Shown piece by piece: positions 35,629 through 49,579 of a DNA stretch of 64,000 nt; positions within the stretch are counted from its first letter, which is position 1, and every line of letters begins with the position of its first letter. Position numbers and translations under genes: made by a program. A model generated the notes under the pieces. The model saw only the letters and a program-made list of their open reading frames with translations, had not been told where the DNA came from and ran no database searches. The DNA is from Anaeramoeba ignava BMAN (lineage: Eukaryota; Protista; Anaeramoebae). The stretch spans positions 930,001 to 994,000 of the forward strand of contig JAPDFW010000081.1 of the NCBI GenBank assembly GCA_028826165.1. Reading direction: 5' to 3'.

Positions 35629-38374
35629 ATGCAAATTGTTACTCCTGTAAATCAAATAAGATTAACGAATGTAGTTGTTGTGAGATTAACAAAAAAAGGG
35701 AAAAAATTTGAAGTGGCTTGTTATCCAAATAAAGTTCAATCATGGAGAAAAGGAATGTAAATATTAAAATAAATATTAAAATAAATATTAAAACAAAAAT
35801 TAAATTAAATATTAAATTAAATATTAAATTAAATATTAAATTAAATATTAAAATAAATATTAAAAAAAATAAAAATTAAAAATAAAATAAATTAAATTAA
35901 ATATGATAATAAATATTAAAAATAAATATTTAAATAAATTAAAATAAATATTTAATAAATAAATATTAAAATAAAATAAAAAATAAATATTTAATAAAAT
36001 AAATATTAAAATAAATAAAAAATAAAAATTAAATAAAAAAAAATATTAAAATAAATATTAAAATAAATATTAAAATAAATATTAAAATAAATATTAAAAT
36101 AAATATTAAAATAAATATTAAAATAAATATTAAATTAAATATTAAAAATAAATATTTAAATAAATATTAAAATAAATATTAAAATAAATATTAAAATAAA
36201 AAATAAATATTAAAATAAATATTAAAATAAATATTAAAGTAAATACTAAAATAAATATTAATTATTAAAATAAATATTAAAGAGAAAAAGATGTAGATGA
36301 AGTTCTACAAATTCAAAGAGTTTTTGATAATGTTTCAAAAGGAACATTTGCAAACAAAAATGATCTTCGAAAAATTTTTGGAAATAAAAAACAAGAAGAT
36401 ATTTGTGTTGAAATATTAAAAAACGGGGAAATTCAACTTTCAGAAAAGGAGCGTATCAAGGATCATCAAACAAGATTTAAAGATATAGCAAAAATAGTAG
36501 CAGACAAGTGTGTGAATACAGAAATAAATCAACCAGTAACAATTTCCTTTGTTGAAAAAGCAATGAAAGAAATTCACTATTCTGTTCGTCCAAATAAAAA
36601 TGCAAAAGTCCAAGCTTTGCATGTAATTAAACTTCTATCCAAAAAATATCCTATTATTCGTGCGCCAATGAGAATTAGAATTGCAGCTCCTATTTGTTGC
36701 CAAGAAACTATTCGTTCTTTTATACAAAATCAATCAGGTTCAATTGAAAAAGAAGATTTTGAAGTTTTTGATTATCAATCTTTATATCAAGCAAAATCTA
36801 ATGAAATTATTATGAAAGAAATTCTTGAAGATCAAATTAGCCTCGATGATAATGATTCAGAAAGAGACTCACTTTCAAGATTTGATGATCAAGAGTCTGA
36901 TGAAGATGAACAAGAGGATGATATTAAAAATCAAAATCAAAATCAAAATCAAAATCAAAATCAAAATATGAATCAAAATCAAAATCAAAATCAAAATCAA
37001 AAAGGAAGAAAAGGAAAGAAAGGAAATAAAAGAAATCAAAATGATTCAGATGATGAAGATAATAATAAAAATCAAAATCAAAATCAAAAAGGAAAGAAAC
37101 AAAATAAAAGAAATCAAAATGATTCAGATGATGAAGATAATGAAAAAAATAATTATAATAATAAAAATCAAAAAGGAAGAAAAGGAAAGAAACAAAATAA
37201 AAGAAATCAAAATGATTCAGATGATGAAGATAATGAAAAAAATAATAATAATAAAAATCAAAAAGGAAAAAAAGGAAAGAAAGGAAATAAAAGAAATCAA
37301 AATGATTCAGATGATGAAGATAATAATAAAAATAAAAATAAAAATCAAAAAGGAAAAAATCAAAATAAAAGAAATCAAAATGATTCAGATGATGAAGATA
37401 ATGAAAAAAATAATTATAATAATAAAAATCAAAAAGGAAAAAAAGGAAAGAAACAAAATAAAAGAAATCAAAATGATTCAGATGATGAAGATAATTATAA
37501 AAATAATAAAAATCAAAAAGGAAAAAAAGGAAAGAAAGGAAATAAAAGAAATCAAAATGATTCAGATGATGAAGATAATGAAAAAAATAATTATAATAAA
37601 AATAAAAGAAATCAAAAAGGAAAGAAACAAAATAAAAGAAATCAAAATGATTCAGATGATGATGAACAAAATAATTATAAAAATAATAAAAATAAAAGAA
37701 ATCAAAAGGATTCAGATGATTCAGATGATGGAAAAAATAATAATAAAAATAATAAAAATAAAAGAAATCAAAATGATTCAGATGATGAAAAAAATGAAGA
37801 TAATAAAAATAAAATACAAGAAGATTCAGATTCATATGGAGATGATTTTCTAAATTTAAATGAAAATGACGAACAAGAAGATTATATTTTAAAAAAAAAA
37901 CCATATTTAGAATCACAAGATCGACCAAAACAACCAAAACAACCAAATAATCCACCACAAAGAAAAAAAAAAGGAAAAGGAAGAAGAAGAGGAGGAGGAA
38001 GAAAAAAAGGAAAGAATTTTTCAGATGATGAGTTTGATAATATTAAATTAAAAAATCAAGGAAAATTAGGACATCAAGAATTAAACAATTTAGATGAACA
38101 AAATCAAGCAAAAGAAGAAACAAAAGAAGAAAATGAAAATATTACTGAACAAAATATCAAAAAAAATAAATTTTCGTTTCAATTAAATGAAAATGAAAGA
38201 CAAGAACTAATCCAAAAAATTCGAGATTCAAAACAAAAATATATTCTGATAACTTTGATAGAACCAGATTCTTTTCGAATAATTGATTATTTTATTCGTT
38301 TTCAAACTCTTCGTTTTGGATCTTTGAATATTCTTAATCAGTGTGTGAGACCTGAGCATGAAGATAAAGATTAA
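35629..38374 (+). CDS. SBDS: Ribosome maturation factor SBDS/Sdo1 with a ~490-aa insertion in domain III (2 exons)
   Basis: [66 protein letters not shown]; C-terminal [11 protein letters not shown]...GSLNIL. Confidence 0.93.
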
Positions 38375-38614
38375 AATAATAAAAATAAAATCAAGATAAA
38401 AATTCAATAAAGATTAAAATAAAAATTAAGATAAAAATTAAGATAAAAATTCAATAAAAATTCAATAAAAATTAAGATAAAAATAATTGATTTTGTTTTG
38501 TTTTATTTTGTTTTGTTTAATTTTGTTTAATTTTGTTTCTTGTTTCGTTTTGTTTCGTTTTGTTTGAGTTTTCATAAAATTGAAAAGTAAAATGAAATTA
38601 AATTATTCAAATCC

Positions 38615-41600
38615 TTATTGAAATTTCTGAACAAAAGCTTGAAAAATTTCCATATTCTTCTTTGAAGGAAATTGAATTTGAATTTGAAGTGAAGATTTAA
38701 AGATCAAAGTAAGAGTATTATGAGAAGAAGAATGGGAAAGTTTGAAAGCATTTATTCGATAAACAGGATAAGAAGTTGGAGTATAAATATGAAGAAGATT
38801 TTTTTCAATAACAACAATTCCATGAACAGATTTATTAGCATTTGAGTAAGTTACTTCGACAAAGAACATGAACTGTTCATCAGCAATCCAAACATTTCTA
38901 TTTCCGATTTTTGCAAGAAATAATTTATACGCATAAGTAGGCTGGAATTTAAGGATAAAAGGAGTGTTTGCAATTGAAGTGAAAAGTGCACTTGGATTTT
39001 TGTCTCTGCATAAAAAGTATGCGAATTCATCGTTTGATGCTTGCTCTTCTTTTATAAAGTGAAGAAGAACCCTGTCGTTTTGAGGTACAACATGGACATC
39101 CTGCACAACTTGTTTCAATCCAGGATCATAAACTCCGCAATTGAAAAAAATAAACTCTTCTTGATTAATTAGTTGGCTTTCTTTATTTTGATGATAAATG
39201 TTAAAGAAATTGGTGCGCTCTTCAAGAGATTTAAATTGGAATATGTAATCATGGAGTTCTGTTTGAAATTTCATTAATTCAGGACTGTTTAATACCTTTG
39301 AGACGTTGAAGGTTTGATCATTGTAGAAAAATTCGAGTGTTTTTGTTTCATATTGAAGTGCGATTTTTTTGGGATTTTTCAGAATTAATTCACCGTTGAG
39401 AATTTGCTTCATGCTCGTGTTCAAAATGTAAACATGGAATGACTTCTGTTGATAAATGCGTGGATTCTCAAGTAATTCCTGTTTCATATGCTCGATAATC
39501 TCATTTTTGGATGAGTCGTTTTTCTCGAATAACGAGAAAAAATTCTGCCGTTCTTCTGAAGAAGTGAATTTAACATAAAGCTCGATTCCGTGAGTGTCAA
39601 TCTTAATTGAAACAAAATCTTTTGTTGAGCTTAATATTTTAATTTCTGAAAGCAACATTGCAAATTCAAATGTAGATCCTGAAATTGTCATTAATTGATC
39701 AGTTAAAAAACAAGCACCGTTTTCGCTGGTGTTTGTGAGAGGATCAACAATATCAATCTCGAAAACGTTGATATCGTCCAAAAAATACTGGTAGTCTTCT
39801 TCCAAAATTTCATTTGGAAAAATTTTATGGATCGGGAATTGTGTTTTTTTGTTTGTTTTTATTCTAATAGGTTTTTTACGGCTTGATGTTCTTTTCTTTC
39901 GTGTTTCTTTTGAAAGAAGCCTATTTTTGCGTTTGAGCTCTTTTTCCATAAGTAATTCCTTTTGGAAATGATGGAAATTAGTGAAAAACATGATTCTCTC
40001 TTCCATTTTTTTGAACGATACAACGTATTGTTTCTTAAAAAATTGGATGTATGCAATTTCATTGATTTTTGGATGAGGAGAAAGCGTTATATTTCCAAGT
40101 AAATGCATTCTTTCTGTGATTTTCGGTGCTTGCAGAGAAAGTTCGTTTCGTGTCAATTCAAGAATTCCTGTGCTAATAACTTTGAATTTTTTATTGCAAA
40201 TATCCACAGTGTAGGTTATTTTGTTTCTTGTTTCTTTTTCCTTTAAAAATGATTTAGGTGGAATTTTAGGAGCATCACTATCATTATCATTATCATTATC
40301 ATTATCATTATCATTATCATTATGGTTATCCTGATTTCTTTGGTTATTTTCGTTGTTTCTCGAGTTATTGTTTTGATTATTGCTATTTTCATTTTGCTTC
40401 TTTTTTTGGTTATTATCATTATCATAAACTTCGTTAAAAAACTCATTCTCGTTGTTATCATTTAAAACAAGACTATCGTTTGAATTCAAATCAAATGTTT
40501 GTTTTTGGAATGGGATTTGATATTTGAGTTCTTGATATTTTCCGATGAATTTATCTCTTTCCTTCGCATTAGAAAAATGCAAAATAAATGATTTGTTCAA
40601 ATGAGTGCTTTTCAATTTTGCCAAGAAAGGATTTTTGGGATGCTGAGACAATTGGGTGAACATGAAATCCGATTTTATGTCAATTTTGGGAGGAACGGAA
40701 AACTTAATCAAAGAATCATCTAAAGCAATTACTCCAGGAATTGATGTATTCGAATATTTATCCAAAATTTTCACATTACTTATCAAATGGTAATTTGAAA
40801 GTGATCTTCTTTCGATCGGAATCAAGCTTTTTGTTCGATTCCATGCCTTTTCGTGAAATTTCGAGTCTTCTTTACTTTCAACTTGCTTTTTAATGCTGTT
40901 TTGTGACGAAAGTTTGTCGCTTAAAATTTGGATAAATTCATTGCTTTCGTTTTCCGAATTGAATGTGAAAATGAGCGATGTATCATTTTTTTCCAAAATA
41001 ATTTTCACTTCAAAGTGCTTCTTTTGCCGAACTTGTTTAATATTCTCAAAGGGAATAAAACTAACAATGGAAGTAAAAAAGAGAGAAATTTGGTTATTAG
41101 AAATTAAAAGTGTTGTTTGCCCAAAATTATGCTTGAGAATAGATAGCTGCGGATTGAAAATGTGAGAAAAAGAAGCATCAATTTGACAAGAAAGGAATTT
41201 GAGCATTTTTTCCTTCAACTCTTTAGCAAAATTTTGTTTTGAAATTGGGTTTGTAAACTTGATTAAAAAATAGCATTCAGGATCAACAAAAATTTTGATC
41301 TTGTTGGTATTTGATGTCAAAGAAGGCAGAGATGGAAATGACGGCAAAGATGGTAAAGAAAGATTTTCAGTTTTGTTATTCATATCAGAATCGGGATTGC
41401 TGTCTGAATTCGAATAGAGTTTTACATTGGTATCATTATTTGGATCTTGGTCGGTATCAAAATCTAAATGCATGTTCAAAGTAAATTCTGTTCTTATCTT
41501 CGAATCGGCAAAACTCATAGTGAAACAATCGTAATCCAAATCAATCGTGCAATTTTCCAAATTATTTCCATATTCAACAGCACAAGAAAATTCAGGATGT

Positions 41601-44600
41601 GAATATTCAGCAATTTCTTGTGCAAAAAGTGTGTCGAATCTCAATTTAAAGTCTGCTTCAATCACTTCTTTACTTCTTCCTGGAATAACAAGAAACTCAA
41701 TAAAGTAAAGTTCATCTAAATAGAATTTGCCGTAAAAATCATTTTGGAAAAGAATTTTGGAGAAAATGGAATAATAGCGAGAAATCATTCTTCCGTTATA
41801 ATTGGGAAGAATCAAATTGAAATGCTCAGGATAAAATTGAATTTTTGCAATACCAGCATAGCATAGCAATGAATCCAAGATATAAACATCATAGCTGGAA
41901 AAGTATTTTTTATCGAGGATTTTTTCTTTAATGAAATTATCTGAAATTGAATCTGAATCTGAATCTGAATAATTTACATATGAATTCGAATCTGGATCTG
42001 GATATGACTCTGAATATTCGAAAGGACTGTTACGATCAATATTTGTTGAGTTAGAAATTAATTCTATCGGGGTTTCTTGATATTCTTTTGGATCAAAATG
42101 TATTTCTGTTGGGAAACAAGATGATTTTATCGAAGACATCCAAAAATGGAATTTGAAAGCAACAAAAGTATTAAAGACGAGAGAAATTTCTTTGTGGGAT
42201 TTGAACTGGAGAAGGATTCGTGACTTTGGGTCTGAATTGACTTGAACAACAGCAATATAAGGGTTGTTTGGGTTGAGGAACATATTTTCGTCTTTGGAAT
42301 GATGAGATAAGAAAAGAACCTGATTTTTGTGCTTTGATTTAACAATAACTGAATTACGATCGAAATGGATCATTGACGGGATTAGTTTTTGTTTTTGGAT
42401 GCCGGTTTTTGAATACAAATTCGGGGAATTGACAACATGAGTCTTGAAAGAAGCAGACGTATTATGGAGTAACTCGTTCACTTTGGATTTGATGTCTTTT
42501 TCGGATAGTAATGTGCTCATTGTTGATAGATATTGACTTTTTGTCCCATTCCAATTGCGAATTGTTAATCTATTTTGCAATATTGTTGGTTCGGCACTTT
42601 TTGTGCTAAATTCAGCATAAATTTTCAGTGGAACCTTCTGCAAAATAAAATCTGACACTTCGTTTGAATTATTAATATCAAGACTAATCGTGTCTTTCTG
42701 AGAAGAAGTTCCTTCTTTTAAGGCATCATAAGGAAATTGAGGCAATAATTGTTTGTCTTCAAACAAATCAAAGCTGATGCTTTCATATTTCAAAGTGTTA
42801 GAATAAAAGCAGGCATTTATAAAGAAAAAGTGCCTGCAGTCTTGTTCCACATTGAATAAACACTGAGAATTGTGATTGTTTCTGGATGTATTGAATATTG
42901 CTCAAATCTGTAGTTGTGAGCAAGTCGGAAAATGTTTCAACTCGAATGATATTGCGGAATGAATAAAAATGGATGTGTCGTATCTCGGTTTTCCACGACA
43001 AAGTCACAACAGGAACATTTTGAGATTTGATGGTAAGATGTTCACGATCCAAATACAGAATTGCGGGTTGAAATTCTGAATTTGTTGATAAAACCATCAC
43101 AGAAAAAATTCCTTGTTTCTGTTGATAAACCCTTAAAGACAATGCCTCTCTTTCTTTTGATTCACCAATCACACTTCCCGAAACATCATATCTTTCGACA
43201 AAATCACCAGGATATGCTTGAAAGAGCATCAAGGTTTTGTAGAGAATGTATCTAGAGCGTTCTGAATCAGAAAGAAGGCGAATACTAAATGCCTCTTTTT
43301 GGTTGCGAAAAATTGAGAGTTTAGAAATTAATTTATTTTCACTACTTAAGACAAGCTCTATGGTTTTTTCTGAGTCTTGGAATGGGTTCTGAAGAATAAT
43401 AGCATTAGAACTGTCATATAATTTTACATTTTCTGTGTTTATATAAAGAACCCCGTTTTTGAATGAAATTCCTAGATATTCAAATCTTATTGGTAGCTCT
43501 ACATTTGCTCTTGCATAATTTCTTTTCACTTTTTCTTGTGCAGAAACTATTTCTGTGCTTTTTTCTAGTTGGACTAAAAGTTGTAATATCTTCTCTTGCT
43601 TTTCTTTGTTACTTAAAAGCTCTGGATCGTTTAAAATTGGATTTCCTGAAAATATTCGAAATTTTTGACATCCAGAAATAAAATTTTGTAAGTTTTCTTC
43701 AGGATTTAAGCTAGAAATATAAATTTTAATATTAAATTTTATATTAATATTTATATTTATATTTATATTTATATTTATATTTATATTTATATTTATATTT
43801 ATATTTATATTTATATTTATATTTATATTTATATTTATATTTATATTTATATTTATATTTATATTTATATTTATATTTAGATTTATATTTATATTTATAT
43901 TTATATTTATATTTATATTTATATTTATATTTATATTTATATTTATATTTATATTTATATTTATATTTATATTTATATTTATATTTATATTTATATTTAT
44001 ATTTATATTTATATTTATATTTATATATTTATATTTATATTTATATTTATATTTATATATTTATATTTATATTTATATTTATATTTATATTTATATTTAT
44101 ATTTATATTTATATTTATATTTATATTTATATTTATATTTATATTTATATTTATATTTATATTTTATATTTATATTTATATTTATATTTATATTTTATAT
44201 TTATATTTTATATTTATATTTATATTTATATTTATATTTATATTTATATTTTATATTTATATTTATATTTTTTATGTTTATATTTTATATTTATATTTTA
44301 TTTATATTTATATTTATATTTATATTTATATTTATTTTATATTTCATATATTTATATTTATATTTATATTTATATTTATATTTATATTTATATTTATATT
44401 TATATTTTATATTTATATATTTATATTTATATTTATATTTATATTTATATTTATTTATATTTATATTTTATGTTTATATTTATATTTATATTTATTTATA
44501 TTTATATTTATATTTTATTTTATATTTTTTATATTTTATATTTTATTTTATATTTATTTATATATTTATATTTATATTTATATTTATATTTTTATATTTA

Positions 44601-45934
44601 TATATTTATATTTATATTTTATATTTTATTTCATATAATTTATATTTTTATATTTATATTTATATATTTATATTTATATTTATATTTATATTTATATTTT
44701 TTTATATTTATATATTTATATTTATATTTATATTTTTTTATATTTATGTTTATATTTATTATTTATTTTTATTTTTTTTATATATTTATTTTTATTTTTA
44801 TATTTTATATTTATATTTTATATTTTATATTTATGTTTATTTTATATTTATATTTATGTTTATTATATTTTATATATTAATTTATATTTTATATTTATAT
44901 TTTATATTTTATATTTATATTTTATATTTATATTTATATTTATATTTTATATTTTATATATATTTATATTTATATTTATATTTTATTTTTATTTATATTT
45001 ATATATTTATATTTATATTTTATATTTTATATTTATATTATGTTTTATTTTTTATTATATTTATATTTATATTTATATTTATATTTATATTTATATTTTA
45101 TATTTATATTTATATTTATATTTTATATTTATTTTTTATATTTATATTTATATTATATTTATATTTATTTTATATTTTTATTTTTATTTTTAATATTTAT
45201 ATTTATATTTATATTTATATTTATATTTATATTTATTTATATTTATATTTATATTTATATTTATATTTATATTTATATTTATATTTATATTTATGTTTAT
45301 ATTTATATTTATAATTTATATTTTATATTTATATTTTATATTTATATTTATATTTATATTTATATTTATATTTATATTTATATTTATATTTATATTTATA
45401 TTTATATTTATATTTATATTTATATTTATATTTATATTTATATTTATATTTTATTTATATTTATATTTATTTTATATTTATATTTATATTTTATATTTAT
45501 ATTTATATTTATATTTATATTTATTTATATTTTATATATTTATATTTATATTTATATTTATATTTATATTTATATTTAGATTTATATTTATATTTAGATT
45601 TATATTTATATTTAGATTTATATTTATATTTAGATTTATATTTATATTTATATTTATATTTATATTTATATTTATATTTATATTTATATTTATATTTATA
45701 TTTATATTTATATTTATATTTATATTTATATTTATATTTATATTTATATTTATAAATAACGAACCCAAATGTGCATGAAGATGGCCAAATGAAATTTAAA
45801 ATTTTGCATAAGTTAATAGAAAAATCTAAATCTGTTGTTTCTTTTTGTAAATTTCCTGTTAGAAAATTATTTGTAAAAGAAGTTGGTGAAAATGTAAGAG
45901 TTGTATTTGGTTGTTCTTTATAAACTAATGTCAT
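38615..45934 (-). CDS. ~1770-aa protein: N-terminal calponin-homology-like domain plus many PH-like repeats (intron 43711..45764; +1 break near 42800)
   Basis: DFSINLCKILNFIWPSSC|...ENLQNFISGCQKF..LNDPELL resembles a CH domain; recurring PH-like C-terminal helices (FNSENESNEFI, FSNAKERDKFI, FKKMEERIMFF, FTSSEERQNFF, FKSLEERTNFF). Confidence 0.6.
43735..45752. repeat. ~2 kb (TTTATA)n intronic satellite
   Basis: Visible directly. Confidence 0.95.
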
Positions 45935-46363
45935 TTAAAATATAAAAAAAAGGAAAAAAAATGAATTTTAGAAATTGAAATTTTTTTTTTTCCTTTTTTT
46001 ATTTAAATTAAATTTAAGAATAAGGAATTTTTTTTTTTATCTTTTATTTTTCAATCAAAATATTTTAAAAAAAAAAATTAAATTTCTCTTTTAAAAACAA
46101 AAACAAAAACAAGAACAAGAAGAAGAAAGAAGAAAAAAGAAGAAAAAAGAAGAAAAAAAAAAAAAGAGGAAGAAAAGAAAATTTGGTCAAAATTTGCAAA
46201 TCCATTCCAAAAAAAAAGAAAAAAGAAAAAGAAAAAAAAAAAGAAAAAGAAAAAGGAAAAAAGAAATTTTGAAGAGAAATAATCAATTATTGTAAATTTA
46301 AAATTGAATCTAAATCTTTAATAATTAAGAATTGATTTTAATTTTTCGATAATCAATTTGGAT

Positions 46364-49073
46364 TTATTTTTTTGTTAAATTTTTCTTCTTTTCATCAAAC
46401 ATTTTTGAAATTTCATTTCCAGCAATAGAATTTTGAATATGAAGTACCCAACCATCAAGTTCTTCTTTTGTAGTTGCACGAATTAAATATTTCTCATGAT
46501 TTCCTGAAACAAATTCTCCTCCTGAAAATTTAGCACCTTTTGTATATTTTCCTGTTGATTGAATTTCAAAAATAAATTTCTTTTTTCGAAAAAGATTTTC
46601 TTGAATCTCAACTGTAACACCATCAAGTGGAATAATTCCTCTTGGTTTTGAATCCTTTTTTGAATAATTTTAATTTTAATTTTAATTTTAATTTTAATTT
46701 TAATTTTAATTTTTATAAATGAATTTAAATTTTTATTCACTTTTTCTGATTTAAAATAGTATAAGCAATTATAACTCAATAAAAACCATCTTTTCTTCCA
46801 ATTTTTATAATGTCCTCCCTAAATTAAATTTAAATGGAAAAAAATAAAAATATTAAATATTAAATATTTTCTTTCTTTATTTTGAAATTATTATTTATAC
46901 TTGTTTTGTTAACCATCCCTTTTTTTCTGGATTCGCAAATGTAATTGTTTCTGATTGACCATTTGAACCAGTAACTGTAATCTCATTTTTAGTAATTCTA
47001 TCATAAATATCACTAAGAAATTCTTTTGGAAGATCTTTTCCATTATCAATATTTGCACATGTTTTAATAAACTCTTGTTTTGTCATTTTATTTTTCACCA
47101 TTGAATTATGTGAATCTGTATTCAACATAATGATACTGAAAGCTAGAATATATACAGTATCTTGATTTACATCAAATTATTAATTCATAAAAAGCAAAAA
47201 CAAATTGATTCATTTTTTTTTTGTATAAATTTTTGATGAGTTTCATTCTTGATTTTATGAAAAATTGTTTATTTGATACCTGAAGATGAAAATAAACTTG
47301 GATTATTAAAATGATACTGTTTTGCAAATCCTTCCATAATTCTATCAATTTTTTGAGCTTCTCCAGGAATTCTAAAAGATGACAAATAAACTCTATTTGA
47401 TCAAAAAGAAAAATCCAAAAAAATTTTTTAATTGAGAAAATGAATAAATTTTGTTTTGGATTGAACCAAATCAAATAGTTATTATATAAAAATAATAATG
47501 GATTATCTAACCTTAATGCATCATCAATAGAAACATTTTCAAAATTAAATAATTGAGCGTAAAAATTTAAAACTTGGAGATAAAAAGGTTTTCTAAATAA
47601 ATAAATAAATAAATTAATAAGAAAATAAGTAAAAAAAAAGAAGTACAGATTGTAAAATATAAAAAATATGTAATTAATTACTCCATTCCTAAAAACTCTC
47701 CAACTTGTTTCTTTGATAATCCCTCAATACTATGAAGAAAAACTGCAACATCTAAAGGAGTATTTGGAAGTATCTTTGAATCAAAGCAATGTTTAATTCC
47801 GCGTTTAATATCTCGATTAAATTGAAAAATTGCTTCCTTTAATTCTTCTGATTGTTTTTTTGTGGAAATTTCATTCATTTCTTTGTATTTTTTTTTTAAA
47901 ATTAAAATTTTAATTTCAATAAAAAAATTTGAATTGCAAAATTTCAATTAAAAAATTTTACTTTGATTTTCTTCTTGTTTCTCATTTTTGGTAAGTATTT
48001 TTGATGCATGAACCACAAAATCACTTAAATATTCATAACTCCAATTGTCTAATTCAGGTTCATTAATAAGATAATCGCGAAAAGGAGGGAATAAATACTC
48101 GTTATCATTATCCTCTAAATCATCATCTAAATTTTCTGCCATTTCATAAGCAGATAAAAGACTATTTTCATTCAAATCCTTTTTTGATTTTCTTCTTTTA
48201 TTCAAGAAAGAAGCTCTAATTTCTCTTTCTTTTTTATCAGTTTCATTGATATTTTCTTTATTTTCTTTATTTTCTTGATTTTCTTGATTTGATTCATTTT
48301 CATTTTCATTTTCTTTATTTGATTCATTTGATTCACTTTCAGTTTTTTGATTTAATTGGTTTTCTTGATTTAATTGATTTAATTGATTTAATTGATTTTC
48401 TTGATTGCTTTTATTATATATTGGATGAATAAAATCAGCTAAAAGTGAAAAATCATTATTTGTATTTTCTTCATTTTGTGGAGGATCATCAATCTTATTT
48501 GGAGGAGGAGTTTGTTGAAAGATTTATTTGATGGTCTTTTTTATTGTTCATTTGATTTTCTTCACTCTGTGAATCACTTTCATTATAAAAATCTTCAATC
48601 ATATCATAATGAGCTAAAATATCATTTGAAATGACGTCTTCAAGTTTTTGATTTTCTTTTTCTTTTTGATTTTCTTTTTGATTTTCTTTTTCTTTTGACT
48701 GATTTTCTTCGAATTGAGATTTTGATTCTAAATCATCTTGTCCAAATCCTTTTGCAATTTCTTGATCTTTTTTCTTGTCTTTTTTGCTTTTCTTATTATT
48801 TTGTTTTGAAAGTTTTGATTTTGATTTTGTTTTTGTTTTTGATGTTTTTTCTTCTTTAGATTTTCCAAAACGAAATAATCTTGCAAGTGATCTTCGTTTA
48901 TTTTTAACTTCAGATTGTGTTTTAGTTGCTTTTTTATTTTTGAAATCATCTCCTTTTTGGGAGCTTAATGGCATTGCATTTGAACTGTGCGATCTCATTA
49001 AACCGTTTTTTTGTTTGAAAGATTGGGTGGTTTTATTTTTCATTTTTTTTTTAAGTGTTTCTGTATCACTCAT
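46364..49073 (-). CDS. Cytohesin/ARNO-like Arf GEF (Sec7 + PH), multi-exon
   Basis: [21 protein letters not shown], catalytic [45 protein letters not shown]|[20 protein letters not shown]. Confidence 0.9.
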
Positions 49074-49579
49074 TTTTGATTAAAATTTTTAATTAAGATT
49101 ATTATTATTATTTTTATTATTATTTTTATTATTATTTTTATTATTATTTTGTTATTCGAAAAATATTTTTTTTTAAAAAATTATTAAAAAGAAAAAGAAA
49201 AAGAAAAAGAAAAAGAAAAATGAATTTTAATTTTTCTTTTTCTCTCAAAAAGAAAAATTTATTTTTAATTAAAATTTTTAATTTTTAATTCTTTTTAATT
49301 TTTAATTTAAACTAGGATCGAACTCAAAAACAAAAGAATTTTTTAACCACAAAAACAAAAACAAAAAAAAAGCAAAAAATAAAAATTATAAAAAGATTTT
49401 ATTTTTTAATTTTTTATTTGATAAAAAACAGAAAGAAAAAAAAACCAAAAAAAAAAAAGTGGATTTTCAATTTGTCAATAAAAAAAATAATTCTTTTTTG
49501 GGAATTTTTTGATAAAAAAAGAACAAAGAAAAAAAGAAATAATTTTTTTCTTCTTCTTCTTTTTTTTTTTGGATTATTT

